A stretch of 64,000 nt of DNA from Macrostomum lignano (lineage: Eukaryota): assembly GCA_002269645.1 (NCBI GenBank), contig NIVC01003057.1, positions 58,456 to 122,455 on the forward strand. Reading direction: 5' to 3'. The position numbers and the translations under genes were made by a program. Shown piece after piece: positions 26,581-40,087 of the stretch. Numbering within the stretch: the first letter of the stretch is position 1; every line of letters starts with the position of its first letter. Below the pieces are notes generated by a model, which had not been told where the DNA came from, did not search any database, and saw only the letters and a program-made list of their open reading frames with translations.

Positions 26581-27164
26581 GCACTTTATTCACAACTCAA
26601 TCCGAACATCGCAGTTCAAACGCAGGTGGAGACACAGCAATACTTAGCGATGCCGTGTGCACGCAAAAAATTAAGGAAGGGTCAAAGCAAGTCAACAGCC
26701 AGTCATTTTTGGGCCATAAATTCTGCTTCCAGACCCTCTGACTCTCTCTGAAGGGAAAGCAGGCGACCATCAACCAGTCGCCACTCTCATCCTCCTTGTT
26801 TCCACGATAAACTCGACCACTACCGGTGGTAAAAAAGATGCCTTCCCCTTTCCTGCCCTCGCTAATGGGATAATAGAGGGCAAAAAGAGGGGAGGAGATT
26901 TCCAAGAAAGAAAAAAGCCATCAAAACAGGCCTTCCTTCCCATTTAAGCTGAAAGCGGCTTTGTCTGCACTGCCCGCGTCCCCTCAGCGCGAATCTCAGA
27001 CCGCTTCCTGGGCGCCGTTCCGGTCTGGCTTGTTAATTGTTCATCTTCTCTCCGCTTGACAACTGATGCGGGGAGAGGCTCCAGCTTCTCCCGATTTGTT
27101 TCGGTGCATCGGTGCGCAGTTCCTCAGCTGCTCACAATAGCCTCTGCTCGAGCGCTAATTGATT

Positions 27165-27241
27165 TGTCTGTCTGCCTGTCTGTCTTGTCTTAGACAGACA
27201 GGCAGACAGACACTATCTGTATTAGGTTCTGTCTGTCTTAG

Positions 27242-27290
<49 letters not shown>

Positions 27291-27349
27291 TAGTGTCTGT
27301 CTTAGTGTCTGTCTTAGTGTCTGTCTTAGTGTCTGTCTGTCTGTCTTAG

Positions 27350-27398
<49 letters not shown>

Positions 27399-27457
27399 TA
27401 GTGTCTGTCTTAGTGTCTGTCTTAGTGTCTGTCTGTCTGTCTGTCTGTCTGCCTGCC

Positions 27458-27518
<61 letters not shown>

Positions 27519-27621
27519 TAGTGTCTATCTTAGTGTCTGTCTGTCTGTCTGTCTGTCTGTCTTAGTGTCTGTCTTAGTGTCTGTCTTAGTGTCTGTCTGT
27601 CTGTCTGTCTGTCTGCCTGCC

Positions 27622-27654
<33 letters not shown>

Positions 27655-27665
27655 GCCTGCCTGCC

Positions 27666-27698
<33 letters not shown>

Positions 27699-27705
27699 GC
27701 CTGCC

Positions 27706-27758
<53 letters not shown>

Positions 27759-27761
27759 TAG

Positions 27762-27794
<33 letters not shown>

Positions 27795-27849
27795 TAGTGT
27801 CTGTCTTAGTGTCTGTCTTAGTGTCTGTCTGTCTGTCTGTCTGTCTTAG

Positions 27850-27890
<41 letters not shown>

Positions 27891-27937
27891 TAGTGTCTGT
27901 CTTAGTGTCTGTCTGTCTGTCTGTCTGTCTGTCTTAG

Positions 27938-27982
<45 letters not shown>

Positions 27983-28089
27983 TAGTGTCTGTCTTAGTGT
28001 CTGTCTTAGTGTCTGTCTTAGTGTCTGTCTGTCTGTCTGTCTGTCTGTCTGCCTGCCTGTCTGTCTGTCTGTCTGTCTGTCTGCCTGCC

Positions 28090-28130
<41 letters not shown>

Positions 28131-28133
28131 TAG

Positions 28134-28164
<31 letters not shown>

Positions 28165-28303
28165 GTGTCTGTCTATCTGTCTGTCTGTCTGCCTGTCCGT
28201 CTGTCTGTCTGTCCGTCTGTCTGTCTGTCTGTCTGTCCGTCTGTCTATTTGTCTGTCTGTCTGCCTGTCTGTCTGTCTGCCTGTCTGTCTGTCTGTCTGT
28301 CTG
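27165..28303. repeat. (TCTG)n/GACA-type microsatellite with TTAG interruptions
   Basis: Directly visible, about 1.1 kb. Confidence 0.97.
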
Positions 28304-30475
28304 TTATCGTCTCTGCTGCCACATGCAAACATGTCCAAATTGCATGCTCTGACAGCTTAAGAGGCAAAGCTCGCATGGACGACACGACCGAGGAGTCCCC
28401 ATCATAAAACGATCCCATGGCCGGTGTTTTGCATCGTAAAAAAAAGCTGCCTAGCAATAAGCAGCCCCAGCCCGTGAGTGAGCAGGTCTCCCAGCACGCG
28501 ATCTCTCTCTCTCTCGCACAGTCTAAAAGAGCGACTCAACTGTCCCGACAACAAAACAGTTGGGCACTCAGCACCGCCATCCCGGACTCATTCACAGATC
28601 TGGAGAAGTTTAGAAAGCGGAGAAAGCTTAAAAAAACCTGAAACTGAGTTTGAGTTCAGCAACTTCCACTCCCCCCCCCAACCCGTTGTCGTCGCGGTTT
28701 CTTTAACAAGCACTCCCGCCTCCAGTTTGGGTGCGGTGCAGAAAAGTATAGGGACCAAAAGAACTTGATTTTTTCTTCCATAAAAAGCGATTTCTGCTGG
28801 GCAAGGAGTGTGGCGCCTGCAGTGGCTCAATGCGAGTTTGCGTGACTCGGCCACCGCCCATCTCACCGCTGCTGCTTAACCCCAGTCATTGCGGAGGGCG
28901 TCAAGTATTCAGTCAGTTTTTTGAACTGCAAATCTTTAAAGCCATTAGGTGCAGTAGTGAGGGGGGGGGGCTGTCGCACGCACTCAGGTACTGCTTACTG
29001 GTTCGTATTCATGAATTTTAGATACCTCACATGTTTGATAGGAAATGCGTTGTTGAATTGCGATTTCATTGTAAAATAGTTGAATAAATCAATTCTGATA
29101 TTCTCTGTTCAAGAAACTTTTTGTTATTTATAGTTCTCTCATCTTTCATCCCCTCTCCTTTCCCCTCCCGCTTCTTTTCCCTGCCACTATCTCCCCTCTT
29201 CTTCCCCTCCATTCTCCCATCTTCTCTCCTCTCCTCTCCATTCTTCTCTCTTCTCATCTCACCCATTCCTTTCCCAGCTTATAGCCACTTTCCTCTCTCC
29301 CCTCTCTCACATGCCTCTATATCTTCTTCTCTCTTCCCATGGAGATTTCTACTCAGTACTAAATTAAAAAGGCAAGGCACACACGAGCCATGCACATCAA
29401 GCACATCGAGCGACACAGGGAATCCTCCCAACCTGATGCATCATATAGGAGAGAGCTGAAAAGTGACTAAGACAGAGATGCTACTCCGATGCGAGCCATT
29501 AAAAAAATATGCTCCCGGGCTGCTTGCGTACAAAAGTGGGCAAAAGAGCGAGACAGGCCGAGAGCCCCGTGGCTCAATGAAGCGTTGGAAAGCCAGCCCA
29601 GATAAGGCACTGGAGTGGGGGAGGCTGAGGCAGCGCCTCATCATAAGTCTTCGGATTCTCCGATAACCTGGCTTAGTATTAGTACAAGGAGATCTTGACG
29701 AGAGCCTGGAGTGCCAACTCTACCCCCTCAATTTTAGATACGGTATTTATTACACAGCAGATTCACTGTGCCTGATTAAAAAAATTGAATTGCTAAATTA
29801 TAATAATCACGTGATCAATTCAACTTTTGCGAACAGAGAAGTTATTTTTTATTCGAACTAAAAATAATCTCCTTTCTCCTGTCCACACTGCCCTCTTCTC
29901 TCTAGTCTCCTCTCTCCTGTCCACTCTGCCCTCTTCTCTCTAATCTCCTCTCTCCTGTCCACTCTGCCCTCTTCTCTCTAGTCTCCTCTCCCCTCTCTCC
30001 TCTAATCTCCCCTCTTTTCTCTCGTCTGCCCCCCATGAAATTGCATTTCAAGCAGATAACCAACCCTAGAGCGTATGAAACTGCTAAAAGGCTGAAAAGC
30101 CTCTCTGCATGAAAACTCTTTGACTGTCTATTTGGAGAATGTATAGCAATTTGGTGTTATGACGGATATTTCTTCATCTATGAAATTTGATGAAAATAAG
30201 GGTTAGGAGGGAAGAGTCGCTGCTCCAATTTCTCTCTCGAGTTCTCCTTGCCTAGTCTCGGCGAGGCTCACTCATACGTATCAGAGTCACCGTCTTCAGT
30301 CTTCTTCTTCTGCTTCTAGAGGCAAAATATTTTCCTAATTTCATGCGCAACCAACCGCGACTTCAGGATCCGCATCGCAGCATGGACGGTCCCTCCAGTA
30401 GAATCCTCAGCCAACTTTTTAGTCTAAGTGTAGCAATTTATTTTTCAGGGTTAGGTACTTAGCTGTAAGGATGGA

Positions 30476-30830
30476 GAAGTCTACTAGGAAGGTAGACTGG
30501 AGAAGTAGACTAGAGAGGTAGACTGAATTAGGCTACAGAATTAGACTGGAAAAGTACATGTAGGATACAGAGGTAGACTTGAGAAGTAGGCTACTGAGTT
30601 AGAAGTAGGCTCGGCTGGTAGACTGGAGAAGTAGGCTCGGCTGGTAGACTGCAGAAGTAGGCTCGGGTGGTAGAGTGGGGAAGTAGGTTAGGAAGGTAGA
30701 CTGGAGAAGTAGGCTCGGGTGGTAGACTGGAGAAGTAGGTTAGGAAGGTAGACTGGAGAAGTAGGTTAGGAAGGTAAAATGGAGAAGTAGGCTATAAAGG
30801 TAGACAAGAGAAGTAGACTGAACAGGTAGC
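30476..30830. repeat. Degenerate minisatellite, about 26 bp (GTAGACTGGAGAAGTAGGCTCGGCTG-like)
   Basis: The GTAGACTGGAGAAGTAGG core recurs. Confidence 0.8.
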
Positions 30831-31664
30831 CAGAAGTTTTGTGCAAAACTGGACACTTATGAAGATCAAACTTCAACGATGGCAGAGCAGGCCCAAGAGA
30901 GACAGAACGCCGCAGGGGAAGAGCGAGGTGACGGAGATAGGAGGAGAACCTGGAAGGCACAATAGGATCTGCGCATAGCAAGCATTGACAGCCATCAAGC
31001 GACAGAATCGTCAGCTTTTTTTCTCTTGCACCGGAGACGCGCAGGGAGCCACCAGCAAGTTCCGGCGTGTTAGCCACATCCGCATTGAAGTTGGAGTTTG
31101 ACCCAACACAGATCAGAGTGGATGAATGGGCAGCAGCTGCAGCATCTGCAGCAACAATGGCTCCCCCATCGCCTATTATTTAAAAGCCGATCGCAGAGAG
31201 CAGAGCCAGCCCAATGGACTCTGGTCAGAGGAAGAGATGGGGCTGAAGGCTATGGCAGCTAAAGTAGGTGAAAAAAGTGAGCTAAAGGAATAGCAGCTGC
31301 CCGAGGATGAGGAAACAGGATGGGACGCGTGAAGCGACTGCAAAGTTTGGGGAAAATTATTCAGCTCAAGTTCAGCTTGGCTCAGGACTGATGAAGATTA
31401 TCCTGAATTCTCGTGTAGCAAATGACTAATCAAGTGTTAACAAGGACTAATTAACATATTCAAATTAGTAAAAGCACTCAGTATTGCTGCCTGATTAAGC
31501 TAACAACTTTGTACCTGTATATTATTTTAACACTTTCAATGTTCAAATATCTGCATTATCTGCATAAAAAGGCAGATAATGACAATTCTGGCTGAAACGC
31601 ACTTTAGTTCTAATTAGACTCAATGTACATTTGCCTCTACTAGCTCTAAAGGGCACTCACTCAT

Positions 31665-32240
31665 TCTAATCAATCCAAAGTACATTCATTCCAATCAACT
31701 CCAAAGTACATTCATTCTTATCAACTCTAATGTACATTCATTCTTATCAACTCTAATGTACATTCATTCTTATCAACTCTAATGTACATTCAGTCTAATT
31801 AACTCCAAAGTACTTTATTTGCCTTCCAAACTTTTATTACAATCAATCCAAAGTACATTCATTCCAATCAACTCCAAAGTACATTCATTTTAACCAACTC
31901 CAAGTACATTCATTCTTATCAACTCTAATGTACATTCAGTCTAATTAACTCCAAAGTAGTTAATTTATGTTACTAATAATTACTAATAATAAAGTTATAA
32001 TAATTACTTTTATTATAATCAATCCAATGTACATTCATTCCAATCAACTCTAATGTACAGTCAGTCTAATAAACTCCAAAGTACTTTTATTACAATCAAT
32101 CCAAAGTACATTCATTCCAATCAACTCCAAAGTACATTTATTCTAACCAACTCCAAGTACATTCATTCTTATCAACTCTAATGTACTTTCACTCTTATCG
32201 ACTCCAATGTACATTCCTTCTAATTAAATCCTATTAGCTC
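31665..32240. repeat. Degenerate AT-rich minisatellite, about 26 bp (TACATTCATTCTTATCAACTCTAATG-like)
   Basis: The TACATTCATT...ATCAACTC core recurs. Confidence 0.85.
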
Positions 32241-32697
32241 TAATGTAGTAATATTTTAATCAACGCTAATTTACATTACATACAAGCTTTTGATTTTTGA
32301 TAACCAAAGTTATCCATTATCAAGAGAAAGCGAGTTACGAGAGCTGAAGTATTTCGATTAACAAAAGAGTTAATTTTATATACACTTTAAAAACAGCAAA
32401 CTAGAAAAACAACTCAAAATACATAATCATAAAAGTCGAATGAATGTGCATTACAAAGGTACAACAATTGATAAAAGAACCCTGACCAAAAGGCAATCTA
32501 AAAAAGTAAAAATATAAAAAAATCTTTAAAAAACCTCAATATTAAGTTGTCAAAGCCAAAAAATCTGTCCACTCAAAACCTGATTACATCTGTACAAAGC
32601 ACGCACCAAAATATCAATAAAAACAGATCTTATGTACACACGAGGAAGTTTGTACAAATTAAACTTGTATTATAGAAAATTCTAGCAAGAAAACATT

Positions 32698-32811
32698 CTA
32701 GCGAGTACTATTGTTACTACTGGTACTAGTAGTATTAGTAGTAGTGCTACTGCCATAGTTTCCGCTGATAAGAATATCAGAGAGGTCCGGCTGCGATTCC
32801 AGTTGGAGATT
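32698..32811 (-). CDS. NCAPH: Condensin I kleisin last exon (not in the ORF track)
   Basis: Acceptor TTATTTCAG|, then NLQLESQPDLSDILISGNYG...STR*, matching the remembered NLKLEGTEDLSDVLV terminus. The three exons total 1986 nt, or 662 codons, with no frameshift. Confidence 0.88.
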   Translation of the reverse strand, partial: NLQLESQPDLSDILISGNYGSSTTTNTTSTSSNNSTR

Positions 32812-32924
32812 CTGAAATAAATCCGGATTAATCACTAACTAATAATTATCACGCTGATGGTTTAAATAATAAGGTTTCGGTTTGCATCAATTGTTAAATA
32901 GCACCGGATGCTAATTTGTTTGGC

Positions 32925-33190
32925 TACCAGTCTAGCTACCATTTTTTTCTACCAGTTTAGCTACCATTTCATCTACTAGTTTAGCTACCATTTTATCTAC
33001 CAGTCTAGCTACCATTTTTTCTACCAGTTTAGCTACCATTTTATCTACTAGTTTAGCTACCATTTTTTCTACCAGTTTAGCTACCATTTTATCTACTAGT
33101 TTAGCTACCATTTTATCTACCAGTTTAGCTACCATTTTATTTACCAGTTTAGCTACCATTTTATCTACTAGTTTAGCCACCAGTTTAGCC
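32925..33190. repeat. 24-bp minisatellite in NCAPH intron 2
   Basis: CTACCAGTTTAGCTACCATTTTAT-like units, translating as KLVDKMVA on the - strand. Confidence 0.93.
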
Positions 33191-33204
33191 AATCCAGAAC
33201 GCAC

Positions 33205-34736
33205 CTGTTCCCCCGCCAAGTGCAGCAGACAGTTGAACACCAGCTGAACCGAGAGCTCGCCACCAGAGCAGGCGCCAACAGCCGCCGGTATCCCTGGCAA
33301 CTGTTGCAACAATTGCGTAAAGGAAGACGATTGCAAACTTGTAGTAGTTGACTGGGATGATGGGGCGCCACCGCCGCCAACCAGCTGCCACATCGCTCGT
33401 TTGAGTCGTTTAGCATCGACTCGTTTAGCAGTTCGCGCGTAGGCCAGATCAAGCCGCGCCACCTTGTACGGCGGCTCCAGCACGCCGTCGGCAAACGGAT
33501 CTCTGGTTGTCGACACTTCGACAGACGACGCTTCGTCCGACAATAGCGACGCCGCGGCCGCTTCAGCCTCGGCCGTTGTTGTCGACGACGAGACAACTTC
33601 GGTTGAATCGTCAGCAGCCGCGGCTTCAAGGATAGCGTCGGTATGTTCTTGTTCGTCAAGATCTTCGTCTTCGTGTTGTTCAACAACATCAACAGCAACT
33701 GGAGTCGGCGCGACATCGACTGCCGCCGCATCCTGACCAGCCAACCGACGACTCCGCCGTCGGCCATCTGGAAAAGCCGACGAAGCGGACGAATTCAAAG
33801 CGTCGGCCGTGGCAGCTTCGGCCAGTCGGCGCTGTCGACGCTTCGACACTAATTCCGACCGGCGTCGGCGCTGCTTCGAACAACTTGACGGCGGCTGCTG
33901 CTGGTCACCCTTACTCTGGCTAACGCTAGAACCGACTGGCGACAATAAACCCTCGCCAATACTGCTACTACTACTATGAGTAGCAGTAGTAGCAGCAGCA
34001 GGTTTTAACAACAAACGACGCAACGGCATAGCAGACTCAGAGGCGCCGGGCCACCAGGCGCCCAGACGCAACAGTTGAGTCGATGTCGATGCCGACTCAT
34101 TGTCCGTTGTCGTTGACAACAAATTCCCGTCGGACAGGCCGAGGAATCGACGAAGTCCGCCAGCAAAATCGGCGATAGAAGCGGCGCGATTAGCGACAAT
34201 CGTTGCCGGGACAACCGCGGCGTCGCCATCTGCCGTAGCCAGCTGCGCCTGCCAGTGATCGACATCATCATCATCATCAGCATCATCATTGTTGGCAAAG
34301 TGATCATCAATGTCGACAGAGGCTGACGGCAGTCGCAGTTCTGACAACTCGCAGCACAACTGCAAATCCTTGGCCAGCTTCCTATCGGACAAGCGCTGCA
34401 GAGACGGAGTGAAGACTTCGCAATCAGCCACTGCTGTGGAGGCGGAGTCTTCATCGGCATCGCCAATGCGCAATCGGGCGTCGGAGTCCAGCAGGATCTC
34501 GCAGTCGTTGTCGGCAACCCTGGCAGCATTGAGTCGCAGCTCCCAAGCTGCCGATTCGTCGTAGGCGGCTGCCTGCTGGTGGAACAGCGGGTCCAAGTCG
34601 AAGCGCAGACTGGACGGCTTCAAGCGGATGCGAGCCAATCGGGCCGGATCCACCGACTTCCGGCTGCGAGGCTGCTGATTGGCCTGCGAGGTTCGGCTGC
34701 GCTTTGGTGCCACCGGCTCGCCGCTGCCGCCCTCTG
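33205..34736 (-). CDS. NCAPH: Condensin I kleisin exon 2
   Basis: Acceptor CCTCCAG| in phase 1. Reads FDLDPLFHQQAAAYDES, PPYKVARLDLAYARTAKRVDAKRLKRAMWQLV and LSVQLVFNCLLHLAGEQ (C-terminal winged helix). Donor CAG|GTGCGT at 33204. Confidence 0.92.
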
Positions 34737-34744
34737 CTGGAGGC

Positions 34745-36718
34745 AGATGGTGGGATATTTGTAGGCTGATGATGGGATATTTGTAGGCTGATGATGGGAT
34801 ATTTGTAGGCTGATGATGGGATATTTGTAGGCTGATGATGGGATAGTTGTAGACAGGTGATGGGATATTTGTAGGCTGATGATGGGATATTTGTAGGCTG
34901 ATGATGGGATATTTGTAGACAGATGATGGGATATTGTAGGCTGATGATGGGATATTTGTAGACAGGTGATGGGATATTTGTAGGCTGATGATGGGATATT
35001 TGTAGGCTGATGATGGGATATTTGTAGACAGATGATGGGATATTGTAGGCTGATGATGGGATATTTGTAGGCTGATGATGGGATATTTGTAGACAGATGA
35101 TGGGATATTTGTGTAGGCAGATGATGGGATATTTGTAGGCTGATGATGGGATATTTGTAGACAGATGATGGGATATTTGTGTAGGCAGATGATGGGATAT
35201 TTGTAGGCTGATGATGGGATATTTGTAGACAGATGATGGGATATTTGTAGGCGGATAATGGGATATTTGTAGGCAGATAATGGCATAATGTAGGCAGGTG
35301 ATGGGATATTTGTAGACAGATGATGGGATATTGTAGGCTGATGATGGGATATTTGTAGGCTGATGATGGGATATTTGTAGACAGATGATGGGATATTGAA
35401 GGCTGATGATGGGATATTTGTAGACAGGTGATGGGATATTTGTAGGCTGATGATGGGATATTTGTAGGCTGATGATGGGATATTTGTAGACAGATGATGG
35501 GATATTGTAGGCTGATGATGGGATATTTGTAGGCTGATGATGGGATATTTGTAGACAGATGATGGGATATTTGTGTAGGCAGATGATGGGATATTTGTAG
35601 GCTGATGATGGGATATTTGTAGACAGATGATGGGATATTTGTGTAGGCAGATGATGGGATATTTGTAGGCTGATGATGGGATATTTGTAGACAGATGATG
35701 GGATATTTGTAGGCGGATAATGGGATATTTGTAGGCAGATGATGGCATAATGTAGGCAGGTGATGGGATATTTGTAGACAGATGATGGGATATTGTAGGC
35801 TGATGATGGGATATTTGTAGACAGATGGGATATTTGTAGGCAGATGATGGGATATTTGTAGGCAGGTGATGGGATATTTGTAGACAGATGATGGGATATT
35901 GTAGGCTGATGATGGGATATTTGTGGGCAGATGATGGGATATTTGTAGGCAGATGATGGGATATTTATAGGCAGGTGATGGGATATTTGTAGGCTGATGA
36001 TGGGATATTTTTAGGCTGATGATGGGATATTTGTAGGCAGATGATGGGATATTTGTAGGCTGATGATGGGATATTTGTAGGCTGATGATGGGATATTTGT
36101 GGGCAGATGATGGGATATTTGTAGGCTGATGATGGGATATTTGTAGGCAGATGATGGGATATTTATAGGCAGGTGATGGGATATTTGTAGGCTGATGATG
36201 GGATATTTGTAGGCTGATGATGGGATATTTATAGGCTGATGATGGGATATTTATAGGCAGGTGATGGGATATTTGTAGGCAGATTATGGGATATTTGTGG
36301 GCAGATGATGGGATATTTGTAGACAGGTGATGGGATATTTGTGGGCTGATGATGGGATATTTGTAGGCAGGTGATGGGATATTTGTGGGCTGATGATGGG
36401 ATATTTGTAGGCAGGTGATGGGATATTTGTGGGCTGATGATGGGATATTTGTAGGCTGATGATGGGATATTTGTAGACAGGTGATGGGATATTTTTAGAT
36501 ATGTGGGATATTCATAGATAGATGATGGAGATATTTGTATATATGCTGGGGATATTTGTAGATATGATGGGGATATTTGTAGATATGATGGGGGTATTTG
36601 TAGGTAGATGATGGGGATATTTTAGATATGATGGGAATATTTGTAGATATGATGGGGGTATTTGTAGATATGATAGGATATTTATAGATAGATGATGGGG
36701 ATATTTGCAGACATGATG
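34745..36718. repeat. 22-bp minisatellite GATGATGGGATATTTGTAGGCT filling NCAPH intron 1
   Basis: About 90 copies. A variant block is duplicated 462 bp (21 units) apart at 35251 and 35713, and the array degenerates toward 36700. Confidence 0.95.
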
Positions 36719-36735
36719 GAACAGTGAGGACTAAC

Positions 36736-37075
36736 CATCCTCAACGCCAGAGTCCACTCCACCCGCGGCAGTTGCCGAAGACCTGCCCAGCTCGGCCATG
36801 ACTTTATAGGCCTCTCGATGCACAGCATCCACCCGGCCGGCATAGATCTTGGCTCCGGCGTCCAGAGAACTGCTGGCTAATTGAAAATTAGAAAACTCAC
36901 AGTCTCCCTTCACTAGGCCTTCTAAATAGTCGATTAAATTTAATGCGAAGGCATTCTTCGCGGATATTTTGCCTTCAGCCGATAGCCGCATGCAATTCTC
37001 ATATTCACTGAGCTGTCGGGCAGACAGGCGCCGGGTCAAGGTCAGCGCCGTGGGGCCCTCGCCAGCGCTCGCCAT
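36736..37075 (-). CDS. NCAPH: Condensin I kleisin (CAP-H/barren/Cnd2), exon 1
   Basis: Reads MASAGEG...CMRLSAEGKISAKNAFALNLIDYL...NFQLASSSLDAGAKIYAGRVDAVHREAYKVMAELG, the N-terminal kleisin helix-turn-helix motif. Donor G|GTTAGT at 36735. An upstream exon is not excluded. Confidence 0.92.
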
Positions 37076-38479
37076 TGAGGAGCTGGCAGCAGAATGAGCG
37101 ACTGATGAGGACTGCAAGTTAAGATTGAAATGGCAGTATAAAAGTTATGACCTTGCTATTAGCCTTGACCCAACAGAAGTCTATTGGACAAAAGCTGAGA
37201 ACATTTCTTTGCATATGCAAATTCAATAATACTAACATCTAAAGTCAGTGTTCTGCCATCATGACAGTTACAGCAAATGATGAGTGGCACTTTTGTAGTC
37301 ATATTTTTCATTACAGTTATGACTACAGAGAAATTTTATAGTCGGTTACCAATTACAAGATGCCTATTTTTTATATGCCTAAAGATGCCTACAACCACTT
37401 GCAGTATTGTGTGAAACACATCATTAAATTTAATTTAATCTTGATTTTCACTTTTCTATTTTTCATATTTATTTACTTCTGATCTAACTCGTTTCTTTCG
37501 CTCAAAATAAACCTGAAGATGCACAGTACTGTGCAAAATGCATTATTAAATTAAGTTTATGTTGATTTTTGCTTTTCTAGATACTATTAGTAACAATATA
37601 ATAATAATAATTATAATAATATAGTTAATATTGTAATTATTTATTTTTATGTATACAATGGGGCAGATAACAATGTCATTAGTATAACTACTATGGCATT
37701 AAAGGCGCAAAAGGTGTACATATGGTGTAAATATGTGCATTTCCAAAATTCTAATGCACACTGTATACCTTTTATGCACCTCTATTGCAGTGCAACTTTT
37801 GTCCACCTTTCACTTTACCAATACCCTTAATTTCTACTTTGTTCACCTTTTGTGCTCCCAATGCACACTGTGCCCCTACCACCTATTTTGTGCTTTAAAT
37901 TCACCTTTTGACCTTGCCAAGGCACTTAGATAAACATGTAGCATAAAAATATTACAAAATAGACATAAGCAAGGCAAAAGTGAGATAGAAAGTACAAAAC
38001 TCTTCACCTTTTATGCCTATTACTATAAAAGTCTAAATCTAACAAGATGTAACTAAATATATTGTGTCCACTCTTTGTTATACACTTGTTGAAACTATCA
38101 TAATGCATGCAATACTAGATTTCAAATTTGCTCCTTGGCAGGTAGTAGTATTTATTAAAAGGCAGTACTTATTACTGTAGGAATAATTTCTATCTTATTC
38201 TGCTTATCCACATGGCACACTTACAAGATAGCTGCCCAGTCTTCTATATATGCTATGGGAATAATTTTGCTTGCAGCTGAATAGTCAGGCGCTGACCTTA
38301 AAGAAAGACTACAATTGCTTGCCAATCTCAAAAAAACTATTAGGCAGCACAAAAGCATGTCATTCTAAAATGTGATAATAAATACTATGCAACATATATC
38401 AGATTGGTATATGTCAGTCTAGCTGTTAGTAATGCCTTTGGCCAATCCAAGTTGTGCACTGATCTTCAAGCCAATGTAG

Positions 38480-39215
38480 CAAGAAATGTCTCTGACCAAT
38501 CAAGCTATGCACTGATCCTCCAGTCAACACTGCAAAAAACATCTCTGACTAATCCAAGTTGTGCACTGATCTTCCAGCTAACACTGTAAGCAACATCTCT
38601 GACTAATCCAAGTTGTGCACTGATCCTCCAGCTAACACTGTAAGCAACACCTCTGACTAATCCAAGTTGTGCACTGATCTTCCAGCTAACACTGTAAGCA
38701 ACATCTCTGACTAATCCAAGTTGTGCACTGATCTTCCAGCTAACACTGTAAGCAACACCTCTGACTAATCCAAGTTGTGCACTGATCCTCCAGCTAACAC
38801 TGTAAGCAACACCTCTGACTAATCCAAGTTGTGCATTGATCTTCCAGCTAACACTATAAGCAACATCTCTGACTAATCCAAGTTGTACACTGATCTTCCA
38901 GCTAACACTATAAGCAACATCTCTGACTAATCCAAGTTGTGCACTGATCTTCCAGCCAACACTGTAAGCAACATCTCTGACTAATCCAAGTTGTGCACTG
39001 ATCCTCCAGCCAACGCTATAAGCAACATCTCTGACTAATCCAAGTTGTGCACTGATCCTCCAGCCAACGCTATAAGCAACATCTTTGACTAATCCAAGTT
39101 GTGCACTGATCCTCCAGCCAACGCTATAAGCAACATCTCTGACTAATCCAAGTTGTGCACTGATCCTCCAGCCAACGCTATAAGCAACATCTCTAGTTAA
39201 TCCAAGTTGTGCTCT
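38480..39215. repeat. 54-bp tandem repeat, about 13 copies
   Basis: CTCTGACTAATCCAAGTTGTGCACTGATC... with an 18-codon periodicity in ORF 38505-39254. Confidence 0.95.
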
Positions 39216-39279
39216 TTGACTACAATCCTTTTCCCAATTGTCTTTACAAGTCAAGCAAGTATTTGTACACTAGCCAATC

Positions 39280-39570
39280 TTATGACAAGTGATGATTATT
39301 TATAAAAAAGGTAGCACATGCACTTATAATATCAAACTTTAGCCTCATGATAATAGTTGCTGTCTTCTTTGTGATATTTCTATAATATACATTGCAAGTG
39401 TTTGTTATCTCTCTATTGTTGTGTACCATTAGGTAAAATGCTTTGTCCTTGGGTGAAAGATGCTCAAAGTTTGGGACAATGTTTAATATTTCTCTAATAA
39501 ACCTATTTTGAATTGGAATATACAATGCTAAGCTGCATTTAAAAACAAAATGAGTATACAATGACTATCA
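39280..39570 (-). mobile_element. Probable 3' relic of non-LTR retrotransposon ORF2
   Basis: HFVFKC..Y...NRFIREILNIVPNFEHLSPKDKAFYLM resembles the C-terminal 'HFxxxCxxY..R' region of LINE ORF2 proteins. This is motif recall only; no RT domain was seen. Confidence 0.35.
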
Positions 39571-40087
39571 TAGCCAAAGGGTCTATATTAAAAATATATT
39601 GATATGATCAATTTTATATTTTAGAATAAAATATTTTATACACAGGCTTTTTACAAAAATGATCCTTTTTTCCTTTCTAAAAATCACCACTGGAGGTAAC
39701 TTGAATCCTATTATTTTCATTTTATTTCTACTTTACTTTTGAACTATTGAGCATATATACTAAGCACTCATAAGTTTGAAGGAATATATTTGTAGTTAAA
39801 TAATTATTTATTGTATCATTAAAGCAAAATAACATATGTATACACACATACATAATAATCTAGAACTGATTTGATTTTATAGATTAACAGCTTCTTAGTA
39901 TCTTCAAGTTCCTTTATAATAAGCTATGAACTATTCATATACAGCATTAGAAGAGTATACAAATTCTAAACATGATAATGCACTGTTGAATGCATATATA
40001 ACTCTTATGAACCTATCAAGCTACATTTAAATAAGATTTTGCATGTTCAGAATCAAACTAAATATCCACTCATTTGCAAGCATTGTA

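Noticed and set aside
30766-31200. Minus-strand ORF (MANTPELAGG...) and other GC-moderate islands at 10.3-12.3 kb and 26.6-30.4 kb as exons of a further gene
   Set aside because: No recognisable domain and no consistent chain of splice sites could be built by eye. RNA-seq would be needed.
32932-35748. 938-aa ORF as a single-exon protein
   Set aside because: Both ends are intronic minisatellites read through in frame. Only 33205-34736 is NCAPH exon.
37276-37335. ATGATGA followed by a 10-bp hairpin (TGTAGTCATA/TATGACTACA) upstream of NCAPH
   Set aside because: There is no D box. A lone hairpin in AT-rich DNA is not enough to call an RNA gene.
37690-38020. Possible MITE with GGCAT(T/A)AAAGG inverted ends and internal CACCTTTT repeats
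   Set aside because: The inverted match is short and imperfect, and no convincing TSD was found.
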